In this document: positions 24,331 to 37,900 of the stretch, in pieces | Layout: each line of letters starts with the position of its first letter | Numbering within the stretch: the first letter of the stretch is position 1 | Assembly (NCBI GenBank): GCA_030265395.1 | Contig: JARFYF010000001.1 | Coordinates: 49,288,334-49,352,333 of the forward strand | Direction: 5' to 3' | Source of the DNA: Rhina ancylostomus | Taxonomy: Eukaryota | DNA: 64,000 bases | Notes under the pieces: generated by a model | What the model was told of the DNA's origin: nothing | Databases searched by the model: none | Seen by the model: only the letters and a program-made list of their open reading frames with translations | Translations under genes and position numbers: made by a program

Positions 24331-27300
24331 TTCCGGACTCTAGGTCTTGAGTGCTTGTCTTTAGCAATCATGTGCTGAGTCCTGCCATCATTGCACAATC
24401 TTACCTTTCCCTTGTCACCAGTGCCAAAATAAAAGCCAACAGAAAATAAACATTCCAAACTAAATGTGTAAATCAAAGCACATGACATATCATACAAATG
24501 TCAATTAATCACTCCTTCCCAATGATTCCTGTTTAATGTGTGCATCTGCTTGCCCTAGTGTTCCTTTTAACTGTTACACTAGTCGTTGTATCATGGTTGG
24601 TGAAAGGTGTGTGACTTTTAATGGAGAAGACTGCAAGTGACCTTGGTGGATGGCCTCTCACAACACCTGGATCTACTAAGCCCAGCTTTGCACTGCAGTT
24701 TCATGGCGCAAGCATCAGTTGTAATCTGGGCTGGCTGGTTGGTTGAGAAATGCAAAGAGACTGGCAATGTAGAGTAGCAGGATCACTAATGTTCCCATTG
24801 TGTGAGAGGGCAGCAGATTTATAATGTTACTGTCGAAGCACAGGCTGTGTAACTGCTGTGACAGTCTCCAAATCCTATTGAACACTGGTACCAGAGCCAT
24901 GATGGCAGGAACTTCCACTGCAGCACCCAGAAGTTAGTTGGATTCTGCTTTGTTTCAGCATTTGAGTTGGACCCACAAGTTTGCTCATAAAATTGTCCAC
25001 TGCTTCTATTGCTGGGGAAAAGAAAGGCCTAAGCCTAGCGGAGAAATGTCAGCAGATCCCATTTAACTCTCTGCAGTTGCATGACTGTTTCCATCTGTGT
25101 TCTGACATTGGACTTGCCTTGGAGTGCAGCTGGGAACACAAAGCTTCAGCAGTTCCCCGCCACCCATGATGAGGGATTAGCTCCAGCAGTCTGAATCAGG
25201 TTCAACAGCACAGGAACACTGTCTCGTTTGGTTGTTTATTTAAATATTCACTATTTCCTCCCAATAATCTCAACATAGGTTAGAGCTTTGAATAGTTCAG
25301 AAATATTCAGACATGCTCATAATTGTTGTTGATACTTTTGAGATCTTTGATAGCATCTAAAGCCTGGAGTGTGGGATGGTTGGCGAGGGGACGCAGCACA
25401 GCAGCTGTCGAATTCAAAGTTATTCTGTGGGCAGTTGCTGTTTTGGCTTGCCATATGATGGGATTTACGTTGAGGAAAGTTTTGTCAATGCACAAGCACC
25501 ACTGCAAATGAGGAACTGGCTTCTCCCTCTATTATTGCTGGAGGGATGTATCTGAGGTTAGTGGAAATACATTAAGTCAAGAGTGACTCTGGAGAACCTG
25601 CTGCTGATGGCAATTCTTAGCCAATGGGGTTCCAGCTCAGCACAAGTCTATATACAAGGTTGGTGCTGGGCCCCTTTCCCTTTTAGTCAGGCTTTATGTG
25701 ATACTGAAAACCAAATTTCCTCAACTGTCCTGCAGTTTTTTTTTACCAGCCAGCCAGTGGTTCTGCAGTTGTTGTTTACTTCCAGTAGACTATGACTGGA
25801 AGACTCAATAATCACGAACAGTTATGAAGCATTTTGGAACTCAGTTACAAATTCTGCTCAGCTTGCTGTGCAGCGACTTTAGCTACCCTTTCAGGTGCAG
25901 TGCTGTTAGAAAGTTACTCCTTTAAACCTCCTGATTATTATTCCTTAATAAACTCACCCAAGATGAACCTTAATATTGCAGGTTGAGGAATTTCAAGAGG
26001 ATGCAAATCCTTTCTCCTTGCCCTTCCTCAGAACAAGAATGTTGCGATTCTCTGCAAGAAACGTTTAGCTCCTTCCATTGATTCTTGGGCTGTGGGAGGA
26101 TAAAACACAACTCCTGCCTACTTGAGCTACTTAAGCCCAGTATTGTTCTGCTGATGCATGGCTTTTCAAGGGCATTTATGGTCATTGAGATTTCATAAAA
26201 CCAAAGAGAGAGAGATAAGCTAAACATGTGATGATAGAAGGAAATGCTGCTAAGGACAGAGATATTGCTATTTTACCCTTGAATTTTATTCTTGCTTTTG
26301 TATCACCATTTCTGTATCGTCTCCTCAGATAAAGAACATTGTGGCAAAAGTTAGTGACTTGGGTCTGGAATTATAGGATGAGAACATGGGATTTTCCCTT
26401 TCTAAATGTTGACATAAAGGTGTGATGCAAACATTGTGATACATGAAGAGTTAATTGTCATGTAAATGTATGCCTTCAGTAAAGGTTTTTAATAAAGATA
26501 ACATCATCTATAATAGTGCCAGCCAGGATTTATTATTTTATAAATGTTCCAGGAAGAAAATGATGACACATTTCTAAATACTGCAGTTCCCTTTTGGAAA
26601 AACAAAAAAATGTATTATTTTTAAATTCTTTTTCAAATTACAGATTTTATATCCTTTTTGGATTCACGATTGAACCCGCATTGTACTGAACAATAATCTC
26701 TTCTTCTTTAATTTGAAACTGTTTATACTTGCTCTTTATACCGGCGTAAGTTATTCCATTGGAATGGAATCTGTTTGGTAAACATATTCTTTCTTTTCTC
26801 CCTGTTGTATCATTAATAAAGTCAATTGCCAATAAGATAATACTTTGCACATGTAATAACAGAACATGAAATAAGAGTTTTTTGAACCAGCTCAAAAGAA
26901 TCATTGAGTATCATCCATAACCTGCAAATTAAAAGATTTTAATCAAGCTAGTAGTGGGGGATTTGAATTTTTGCCTGTTGATTGGCTTCAAATAGGGAGT
27001 GTGCTGTGAATGCACTAAAGCTCGATGCTTACGGCTCACCTTTATGGCACTCATCTCCATAATTCCAGATGAAGTGCCCATCAGAGATCCAGAGGACGCT
27101 CGCTGGTTGCATAAGAACAATATTTAGCTGCTTTTCTAGCAATCTCTCTCCCTTGGGAAAATGCTGTGATAAGGAAAAGGTGCTTGGGACAAGGCTGAGC
27201 AGGACTATTCTTTCCAGCTTCACTTTCTGCTCTACATTTAGAAGCTTATTTTTGAAATAATAAAAAAAAATCTTAGATTGGATATAGCACGGTTATCCAG

Positions 27301-29834
27301 AGTGACATGTGTCTGGTGCTCTTTGCAACTGGGTAGCTGAATTTTGAGAGAGGATCTTCAAATAGATCATGTGATTATTAGGCATCCTAATAAGGCCATT
27401 GACATCTAAACTGGTATCTTCACCAATGCATTGGGCATACAATGACTCTGTGCATGCTGCCCTCCATGTTAGACATTTAGACAATAAATGCCTATGGGTA
27501 ACAAAGTGTTCGCAAGCATTTCTCAAGAAAACAAAAATCCCACTATTGGTCAGAAGTCAATGTAGACAAATGGGAACAAATAAACTGGTCTTCTTGGTCT
27601 GGGTAGGAAATGCATATTGGCTATGTGATCAGCTAATGTGGAGCTAGGTTAATTGACTTTCAATGTAACTAGAAAGCTTCCAGAGTAGAGAGATGCTAAG
27701 AAAAACACACATTTTGCGTAAGGAATGGAACTAACTATAAACTCGCCTAAATCAGTACCAATCACTATATGTACTTTATGATTCACAGGCTCCATTATTT
27801 GCTGGAAATATTGATACTTAAAAAATAATCCATTTAAATCTCTAGATGGAAAATTATGGCCTGTCTATACAAAGGTCTCAGTTTGTGTTCCCTGCCATGT
27901 ACAGAGGTGGAAAATTGACCTCCGGATACCAAATAACAGAAAAGATGAGGAAAGGATATTGATTACACTGTCAGCCATGAGCTAGTGCACAAGACTAATA
28001 CTTACGCAGACAACTCTATGTAAATCAAATGATTTCAGAGAAGTCTTAGCATTTCATTTCCTGACAACTTTTCCTGTGCTTGGTTGTGACAAACATATCC
28101 ATGAATGAGAAGTGACCACCAAGCCCATACTGGCTGAGGTAGTTTGAAAATACATTTGCAATTTGCCCTGCGCCCTCTAGTACAAAGATCAAATTTTCTT
28201 TGTTGCATTTCCTCCCAGAGTAATTGTTTTTTTTAATTCTACTTTTGTAAACAAATAAAAACTATTCATTTCTACAATTGCAGCCCCTCCTATCTGATTA
28301 CATTTGTTTGAAAACATGAGAGAGTGAATAAAATGGAATTGTATAGTTTTAAAGGATTCAACCCATTGTGACTGAAAAAAAAGCAGTCTGACAATTCTCA
28401 TTTCCTAGCTTGCAGTCAATGGCCCTGTTGGTTATGGCACACCCAGCGTTCATCTGCGTATTTTTTAATCAAAGAGGGTTTCTATCTCCATTGCCATTTT
28501 AAGCCATAAGTTCCAAAATGTTATTCAATACCCCTCTAATCATTCTACTTTATTACTTTTAGTAGTTATTGATCTCTCAGCTGCTAAGCGGGAGTCTTAA
28601 GATAATTTAAAAAAATCTGAGAATTCAGACAAAACTATGAAAAGTTTCTCTCCAATTCCCTTAGGCAATTCAGCAAACTGTTGGAGACACTACATGTCCA
28701 TGACTCATTTTAACAATCCCAGCAATTAATATTTACTCCCTACATTTGGAACTATTTCCATATCAAGGACTTGTCCTTGAAGAATCACAGTGATTCCATT
28801 CTCACTACATCTTCTTGCAAACTAGTAAACAACATCAGAAAAGTTGATAAAACAGATTTAAAAGTAAAAGGCAAACAAAAAAAAGAAGCCATCTGCATAA
28901 AAATCACCATCAATGTAAGATCAAATCTTTTATTTAAATAACTAAATAAGTAAAATGTTTATTTTACTATCAGGAATTTCAGGAATGTTATTATTTTAGG
29001 GATCATATTCCGTAAGTTAGTTTGGTTTTTATATGCAAACTGAAAGCCAGCTGTATGCAAACTGGAATGTAGGGTACGAGTCTAAAAGTTTAGCTGAAGG
29101 TACAGAATACCTAATTTCTGAAGGGGGAGTCGTACTATTGGATCGTTATTTATCGATTGGCTGAGTCTCAGAGTGTGCCAATCTGATTTTTACAGTTGCT
29201 TGGTATATTTTAGAGTATGTTTTCTTTGAATACAAAAATGATGGTGAAACAAATTGGCTAGATCCCCACATGAGTCTCACAATACATTATCTTTGAAAAC
29301 AGCCACCTTTAAGAAATGTTAAGAATGAACACCCTGAGACCATCCCTTAAAATATAATTCAATATTTCATTGATAAAGATATCAAATTGAATGGGTGACA
29401 GTGGACAATTTTGTCTCATTGCTTCTCATGCAGATGAATCACCAGTGTTATGTTCTCTCTCGGAGAACTGGCAATAAGTTTATTATTGTCACATGTACCT
29501 AGATACAGTGAAAAACTCTGTTTCCATGCTATCCAGGAAGATCATTCCATATATAAGTACATTGAGGTAGTAAAAAAGGAAAACAATAACAGAATGTAGA
29601 ATATAGTGTTACAGTTACATTCTTGTGACACTACCTCCCCAGATGTTACAAATTAACCTACAGCCTGCACTTTCCCATTAACCTTGCCATCTCATATCTC
29701 TAAAGCCCAGTGCCCCTTTGGCTGTTTTGTGGCTTATTGCTCCTAGGGTTTCACATTGTTAATAGCGGGCTGCCTCTTGGGTGCCCTTAGCTGGCTGAGT
29801 GAGACAGGACCTGGTTATTACTAGCTTTCTCTTC

Positions 29835-30058
29835 ATGTTTTTTAAAAAAAATTCCATTGGCAGCGAGTGCGCATCTCAGTCATCCACACCCATCACTACC
29901 ACGGTGATGCATCTCCATCTCTCATTTAGGAGGAGTAGGGGCAAATAAATATGAGCACCAGTCTTAACATGCACTTGACTTTGTCACTTTGGGATTTTGA
30001 ATCCATGCATTGTGAATCCATTCTGGGACAATCTGGGGTAAGCTCTTGCTTTTTTTTC
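29835..30058. repeat. Dispersed ~200-bp element, copy 1
   Basis: Direct homology to 34231-34430 (gcatctc.gtcatccacacc.tcact...gtgatgcatctccatctc...ggag.aggggcaaa...ctcttgc.ttttt). Confidence 0.85.
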
Positions 30059-31479
30059 CATTTGTTCTTTGCCATAACTTCTGATACTGCTCTACTTTGG
30101 ATTATAGGAATCATCAGAATAGTGTTCTTAAAAATCTCTAATTAGACTAAAAGCCCATCAGTCCAAAGAGTGATGTCACATCAATTTTTATTCATTTATG
30201 TTTTTTTCATTAAAGTAATGAAAATAAAATGTTGGTCCCAAAATTATGCCTCTATTTTTACACTAGTATATTTTCCCAGGTCTGAGGACTGAAATAAAGG
30301 GGAAATCAAGCAAAAACATTTTTAAATTGTTTATAAAACCAGGGGAAGGTAGAAAGATGGAGGGAGCTCTATTGGGGTTTCCAGAAGACATTAGTGCTGT
30401 AGCTGGATGAATCTTCACCAGTGGGATGATGAAATGAAGCCTGGTGCAAGAGGAATCTGTTGAATTGAGTGGCTGGAGAGGATATGCAGGCTGAGGAAAA
30501 TTAAGAAGATGAAAAGATTTTAAAATAAGGATGAGGATCTTATTCAATGTCCAAGCCTTGGGAAGGACATGGTGATGAAAGTGTGATTGAGAATGTGGAC
30601 AGGAATATTTTGAATTAGTATACTTTCCATGTCATTGTATATGGGGGAGAAAAAAGAAATAGTCTGGAGAACTTTGCAGAAGTACATTCTTTACATAAGA
30701 TAAAATAGATGTGTTTTAGCCACATCTGTTTGATTAGTAAATATTTAAATCTGAACCCCTTCATAGCTACACTCTTATAAGTAGTTTAATGGTTTATCTT
30801 GTTCTTTATCACCTCTTTAATGTGTTATTAGAAATTTCTGCAGATACCACTAGGTCATATTTAAGTAAAATCTTGATATTTACGTTGAATTTTTTTGCAT
30901 CCTCAAGTAATTCCAAGGGAACTCATAGGCAATTTTCATTTGAGATGTGGTACAGTGGGGAAACTGGGGCAAAGGCTCAATTCCATACATGCACCTCTCG
31001 CTTGAAGAGAAAATTCAATGAACAAATGGGAAAGGAAGTTACTCCCTCCCCAACACTCCATCACGTCCAACTGCCCTCGAGCCTACACTAAAATGAATGG
31101 AATATATTATAACGTAGTGGAGAAGAACATTATCCCGTGTGTTCTGCTGAAATAAAATTTATGGCCATTCTCCACTGCTCAGATAGTTTTGTTGCCTTCA
31201 ATCCTTTCCAGTTTTCCTATTCCTTACTTTCCTCCTAACCCCTCTACCCTGCCCACCCGCAAAGGCAAACCAGTCCCAAATTGAAGCAAATCGTGCCTTC
31301 ACAATCACTTCACAGCAGCCAGAGTAGAGGCCATGACACTTTCACCTTTTCATTCATGGGGTTGTCACCAGCCAAGAGGCCGAGTGGAAGGCTTGTTCAT
31401 GCTTCTTGAGCCCTTGAACCACAGTTGCTGGAACACTTCAGGCAATCAGAGTGGGTATATTTGCCTTTCCCCAACAGAA

Positions 31480-31960
31480 AGCTCCTTCTTAGCTCAAAGT
31501 TTACTGTGAATTGGGCAATTTGAAATATAATAAATCTTTTGAAATTGGTGGGACAGGTTGAGAAAATAGTGCTTAAAAAAATAAAGCACACAGGACCCCA
31601 AGCTTTATAACTGTACAAGCATAAAAAGGAAGGATTTTGTGTCAAACCTCTAGGAAAGATGGGTTAGGCATAGCTGGAGTATTGTGTCCAGTTTGATCAC
31701 CTCACTTTAAAAAGGATGTGAAAAATCTTGGAGCAGCTGCAGAACACATTTAACAAGATTAAACTGGAGAAGCTGGGGTTGTTCTCCCTGGCTAAGAGGT
31801 GATTTGATGAGTGTTCAAAAGAGGGTCTAGATAGTGAAAGAGAAAGAAACTTCTCACTGGTGGAAGGATCAAGAACAACAAGACAGAATTTTAAGGCAAT
31901 TGGTAAAAAAAGCTGAAGTAGAGAAAAAAGTTTCCATGAAACAAACAGCTGTGTTCTGGA
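31480..31960 (+). mobile_element. CR1 LINE 3' remnant
   Basis: ctggagtattgtgtccagttt (LEYCVQF) and KLGLFSLAKR motifs. Confidence 0.7.
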
Positions 31961-32874
31961 ATTCAGTACTACATGCAAATCAAAATTAAAAACTTTTCAG
32001 ATGCTGGAAATCCAAAATAAAAAACAGAAAATGCTGGAAACACTCAGCAGATCAGGCAGCGTCTGTGGNNNNNNNNNNNNNNNNNNNNNNNNNNNNNNNN
32101 NNNNNNNNNNNNNNNNNNNNNNNNNNNNNNNNNNNNNNNNNNNNNNNNNNNNNNNNNNNNNNNNNNNNATCCCCCTCTAGCTATTTGCCTTCAAACCCTC
32201 TCTCGAATGAGTCCACTTAGCCTCTGTTTGACCTTCATTTCACCCTGACTCCCTGAATGCAAGCCATGAGAGGTTAACTAATACTTCAAATATTATTCTG
32301 TTCGGTCCAAAATTAACAACAGATTTTTTTTTTACATTATAAATATTGCTAAAGTTGATATTGGCTGGTCAATTCTACTTGTTTCTTTTGATGGGGAAGT
32401 TGTCATTTTTATATATACATATTTTGTCTTAATGCCATATAATGTCTTTTAAGACTTCCAAACATAAAAATGAAAACAAATGGAAAACTATCCTTCTGTT
32501 TAATATCTTCTCACCAGTTCATCTCCTACAATTGAACATGAAGGATAATGAAAACAATGGGAAATAGATGGAGTAACCAGTGAAGAGTCTAATACAATAA
32601 GCTCAGCATTGATGTTGATAAATGCAAATGCACAAAGCTCGCGTAAACACTTACATATGCCAGCAATGAAGTATAAGATGTTCTTTTTGAGTTTTAGAAA
32701 GATAAAGTAAACATGGAAGATGAAGAGAAGAGAGAGTATAGAAGAACTCTGGTGATCCATGAAAGACTACTTTGTAAAATACTGTGTCTTGTGAGGTGGC
32801 AAGAATACTTTGCAAAGAATGTACAACTGAGTGTGAATATAGACATCTAATATAATTAAATATGATTATTTCAC

Positions 32875-33840
32875 CAATGTAGTCTCCATGGACTACAGCT
32901 AGGCCTTTAACAAGATCTCATGTGGAAGACTGGTCCCAAAGGTTAGAGTCCATGGGATCCAGGGAAAGCTGGCAAATTGGATTTAAAATTGCTTTGGTAA
33001 AAGGAGACAGAGGGTGATAGTGGAGGGCTGATTTTTGTGATTGGAAACCTGAGACTAGTAGTGTACCCTGAAGATCAGTGTTGGGAACCTTCAGTGTTTG
33101 TTTTATATATCAGTGGCCTGGGTACAAATGTAAGAGCTATGATTAGTAAGTTTGCAGCTGACACAACAATTGGTGGTGTCAGTATTGAAGAGGATAGGCT
33201 TAGAATACAGGATGATACTGATGTTGGTAGAATGGGCTGAGCAATAGCAGATAGAACTTAAACCTGACAAGTGTGTACTTTGGGAGGACTGATAATGGTA
33301 GGACAAATGCAATAGGTTCTAGGGAGTATTGAGGAGCAGACAGACCTCAGTATACAAAGCCAAGGTTACCTGAAGGTGGCACCACTATTAGGTGGATAAC
33401 ATGGTGAAAAAAGGCATTCTGGGTACTTGGCTTCATTAGTTGGGGCATAGAATATAAGAAGGAGGTTACGGTACACTTTAAAACATCCGTTAGGCCACAG
33501 ACTGAAAGGACCTGATAAAGATGTACAGAATTATGAGGGGGATAGATTGGATAAAGAGTAGGAAATTTTTCCCCTCAGCAGATGTTAACTTTAGGGCATA
33601 GGTTAAGTGGAAAAGTGCTTTACAGGGGATCTGAGGAAGAATTATTTTACCCTGAAGGCAGTTGGAATCTGGAACATGAGTACCATGAGTGGGTGATGGG
33701 GGCAGGTACCCTCATAGCATTTAAGAAGTATTTAGATGAGAACTTGAATCATCAAGGCATAGAGGGCCTTGGACCAAGTGCTGGTAGATGGGTACTTGAT
33801 GATTAGGATGGGCTGAAAGGCCTATTTCTGTGCTGTATGA
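32875..33840 (+). mobile_element. CR1 LINE RT to 3' end, degenerate
   Basis: VSMDYS*AFNKI..RLVPKVRVHGI, MISKFAADTTIGG (resembles FADDTKIGG), and tail ggcctatttctgtgctgtatga. Confidence 0.85.
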
Positions 33841-34230
33841 TGAACATATGAGAGCCAAAAAGCATTCTGATTATTCAGGCAACCCCTGCATTCAGGTTAC
33901 GGAAATTCACTCTTACAGAATTCACAAATCACTACCCAAAAATTTGAAAAACAAAATGAAATTTGTTCTCCTGTAATTTATATCTGGCGGGTGGGGGTGC
34001 TGTGTATATAAACACAATGTTTCTTTTCAACTTGTGTTTCTTGACGCATGTGCAGTTGACATGGCTTTGTGTTACGGAAATTGTGATACGGATCATTTTC
34101 TAGGAATGCAACTGCCCTCGCCATGGTAACACAGGGGTCACCTGTATAACATTCAGACCTATTTCTTTAAATGGGAATTCAGCTATATGAGACAGTCTCT
34201 GCTTATATCAGGTTTTTGAACCTTTTGATC

Positions 34231-34430
34231 TATGTTTTTAAAAATTCAGCTCGTACTAAGTGGGCATCTCGGTCATCCACACCCGTCACTGCCTTAGTGA
34301 TGCATCTCCATCTCCTGGTTAGATGGAGGAGGGGCAAAAAATTTGTTCACCTGCCTTAATGTGCAACTGGATGTACCCATCCATTCATGAATCTACTTTT
34401 GGGCAACGTAGGGAAAACTCTTGCCTTTTT
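34231..34430. repeat. Dispersed ~200-bp element, copy 2
   Basis: Homologous to 29835-30058. Confidence 0.85.
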
Positions 34431-34504
34431 CATTAATTGCCACAATCTTTTGATTCTTCAGTGGGAAAGTTAGCAACAGTTTATGAAAGAGGTTAGAAAT
34501 ATGG

Positions 34505-34925
34505 ACTTTATTTCAACTTTCAATAGCTCAGGATATCCCAAAGCACTTGATAGCCAATGAAGTACATTTGAAATATAGTCATTGTTGCAACATAAAAATT
34601 ATAGCTCTGATTTGCACAGAGCATGCTCCCATAAATAACACTTTGAAGATTGACTAATTTTAAATGTTTTTAATTAAATAGTGGTCAGGACTCCACAAAT
34701 CACTGAAGTGCCCTTCTTCATATTCGTGCAGTGGGATATATTGTGTGTGCCTGAAGCAAACAGACAGGGCTTGACTTTCACTAATCCATCAGAAGGAAGG
34801 CACTTCTGAGAGTGCAACGCTCCCCCAGTAAAGTACGAGAGTGTCAATCTAAAGTTTTGTGCTCAAGGCATCAAAATGGGAATTGAACCTACAACCTTTT
34901 GATTCAACTGAATCATTGCTGACAT
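34505..34925 (-). mobile_element. Deu-type (SacSINE1-like) SINE; related fragments at about 41345-41560, 57480-57780 and 63305-63400
   Basis: Reverse complement has a tRNA-like head (ggttgtaggttcaattccca) and tail cttcattggctatcaagtgctttgggatatcctgag. The family name is from recall, not a database search. Confidence 0.6.
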
Positions 34926-37900
34926 TTCAGAATTCCTGTTAAAATAATCAATGAGTGCTGCTTTTCAGTTCTCACACAGTAAAAAGTTCATAGTATAGTA
35001 ATTTTTAAAGAATTATTTTACTTACGTTCTTGAGATGTGTTTAACAAGGCCAATTGATTTTGGAAAATTCTGCATACAATCTTTCTTAGTATTTCAGTTT
35101 GTTTCACTGCAAAATAATGCAAAGTAATAGTTCTGTTCTTTGCTGCTTTAATAGTGAACTGTACCATTCCATGGCTCGGCAATGAAGTTTATACACGATA
35201 CATTTATGATAGATCAAAGCATGCCTGAATTCTAGTTGTCATCCTTCATTACCGGTAATTAATATTTCAGTTACATAAGCTAGAATGTCCTCAATTGAAA
35301 CAAAAGTGTTAAAAGAGAGCTCAATAGTTTGATAACTCATTCAGTTTTGTGTCTGCCAGTTTTATTCTAAACTGATGTCAAAGCAAATGCAAAAGACGCA
35401 CTACTCTTGAATTCAAAAGACTAGCATAACTTTAAGGGGGAAAGAGTAAGGAGACTTTAAAATCAAGTAATTTTAACGTAACTCATTCAAGTAATGGATA
35501 GCTGAATATTGTCTCCCGGCAGAAATCAAAATATTTCACATTTGTATATTTAAACAGACTAAGAGATGTTAGACTGTGTACAACGAACATAATCAACTAT
35601 CTGACGTGCAGATGAATTTATACACTGTTATCAGCTAAATGTATCTCTTGTATTTAAAATGTAAAGTTTGCTAAAAAGGAATAAAGACTCATCTGCTGTA
35701 ATTTAGCATTTTACATGAAAATTAGAGCAGCATTTTGTCTTCTCGTAAGTGGCTTTTTGCTAAAGCTTAAACAATTAGATAATAAAGATTTTAATATGTT
35801 TGCAAATAAACTTTATAAAATCCATAGGCAACTTGACATCTATAAAGATACATTTATCATAACAGTACTTTCCAGATTGATGGCAGTTGATTATTTTGGT
35901 AGAAGCTTTAATGTACCAAATAAGGAGCTTGGAATCTTTTCTTCTACATTCTGAAACAAACCTTGCTTTTTGTGATAAAATGAAGATTGCTTTCAAATTT
36001 AACCTCAACTATTCATGTAACAATACATTTTTAAAAAAATGTTCATTTCCTTCTTGTTTAATTGGAAGGCAAGTCTATGATAAATGGAATAAGAATTTAA
36101 CCAATTATAAGCCAACTTCCTCACTTTTCTGTGATATAGAACATTCAATAACCTTGACCTGGTAAGATTTGTCTATTACAAGTGAAGTCTGTAGAACAGA
36201 AAAGCTGCTTATAGCTGATAAGTACAGTAGGGTCTTTTTGCCAATCACATAGAAAGTTAATACTATACAGACTTGTCCAAGAATGGAAGGCCTGTACACT
36301 ATCCAGACTTGAGTTGTTCTGAATCACGATCTTCATGGTAGTGATCAAAGTGTGGACCATCTGGTTAGCTTCACAGTAAACAAACTGACCTGACCCTTGC
36401 CGCCAGTTTGCATGAGCATCAAAAAGAGTCTCTTTCTGTGTTTCTTTGTCCTGTTGAGTACTGCTCTTTGATGTAATTGTGCCCATGACGTTCTAACTAA
36501 TACTGAAATCATTTGGGTTAATTTCTCTTCCAGGCTGCATTTGGCTCTAGGTGTTGTTGCTACCATGATACGTGCAGCAAGACTTCTCTGCCTGATAAAT
36601 TGAACCTTGTTTATTGTAACTGAGTTGTCACAGGCTTGGTGAATAGTAACATCTTAAATTCTCTTGTAGAAAGGAACAGCTAAACATAATCTTTCTCCGG
36701 GCTGCTACTTTGAAAAGTCCCTTGCGTGTTAAAGTTACTTTTCTTAACAAGGGTATGCCAAACATTGGATGGTTACAATACATCTTTAATCAATATATTA
36801 ACCATGTCTACTTTCCAGAAAGTGGTGAATCATAGTCTGACCACAAAATACCTTTCATTTAGATTGCTCATGAAATACTGCAAATCTAATGGAAAGTAAA
36901 TATTGTTAGTGGAGTTTGAAAGGACATTGCATCTATTGAGCTGTTTATATTGGCAATGAAAATTTATTCTTGAGTAGACAATTGCATTCGCTGAGTTTAA
37001 ATGTAGACCAACAGTGAAACATTGGAGGAAGAAAAGACTCCAACTAAATGATGGCTTTAATTTTTTGAAACAAAGCAGGAAACATCCACAACAAAAACAA
37101 AGTGCTTACTGGTTATCTGACCACAAGCCTTCCTGTGCTGTTTTCCAGGAAGCCTTCTACACCATATCCAAAATTAGAAATTTGATCAGGACTAAATTCT
37201 TCAATCAATTTGAAGGACTGATTATTAATAAAAACATATGGTTGATAGAAGACTGGCCTTCCCTTATCCTATTACATATAACACTAAAACATTATATGAC
37301 AGAAAATGGATATCATTGGAAATGCAATCTCCTTCTGTTACATTAAGTATGGGGATCAAATACTTTTGGATTTGTTAGTGCTCTGATGGAATTCTTTTAT
37401 TGTGCAAACAGTTCATAATAATCTAGCTGAGACCCATTGGAGAATGGTGTCCTCTGTATGACTTGATGGATAAAAAAATTGAGATGTCTGGACTCATCCN
37501 NNNNNNNNNAGTTGTGTAGTATTTCAATTGTTGATCTAATCATCCCACCTTAGTAACCTGATAATTTTAATTCAATTTAAAAAAAATCCAAAATCTGGAA
37601 TTAGAAAGCTGTTATGTACCACAGCCATGAAACTGTCAGATTGTTATAAATTTTCATCTGGTTCACATATGTCATTCAAAAGGGTAAATCTCCCATCTTA
37701 ATCTGGGTTAACCTATATACAGGTCCAATCTCGTACTGACTTGCTTAATTCATAATCACCCTCTAATATGGCTTTGAAACCCTGTCTGTTGTACCAAACC
37801 ATGTCTGTCACTTTGGTGAGTAGGAATGGGAGAACAGTGTACTCATCTCAGGCAACTTCATAAAAAGTTGTCCTCATTAATATTTGGGCAGTGGTGCCGT

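Noticed and set aside
32500-32800. Purine-rich plus-strand segment that looks coding (KDKVNMEDEEKREYRRTLVIHERLLCKILCLV)
   Set aside because: Multiple stops, weak splice sites and no recognisable homologue.
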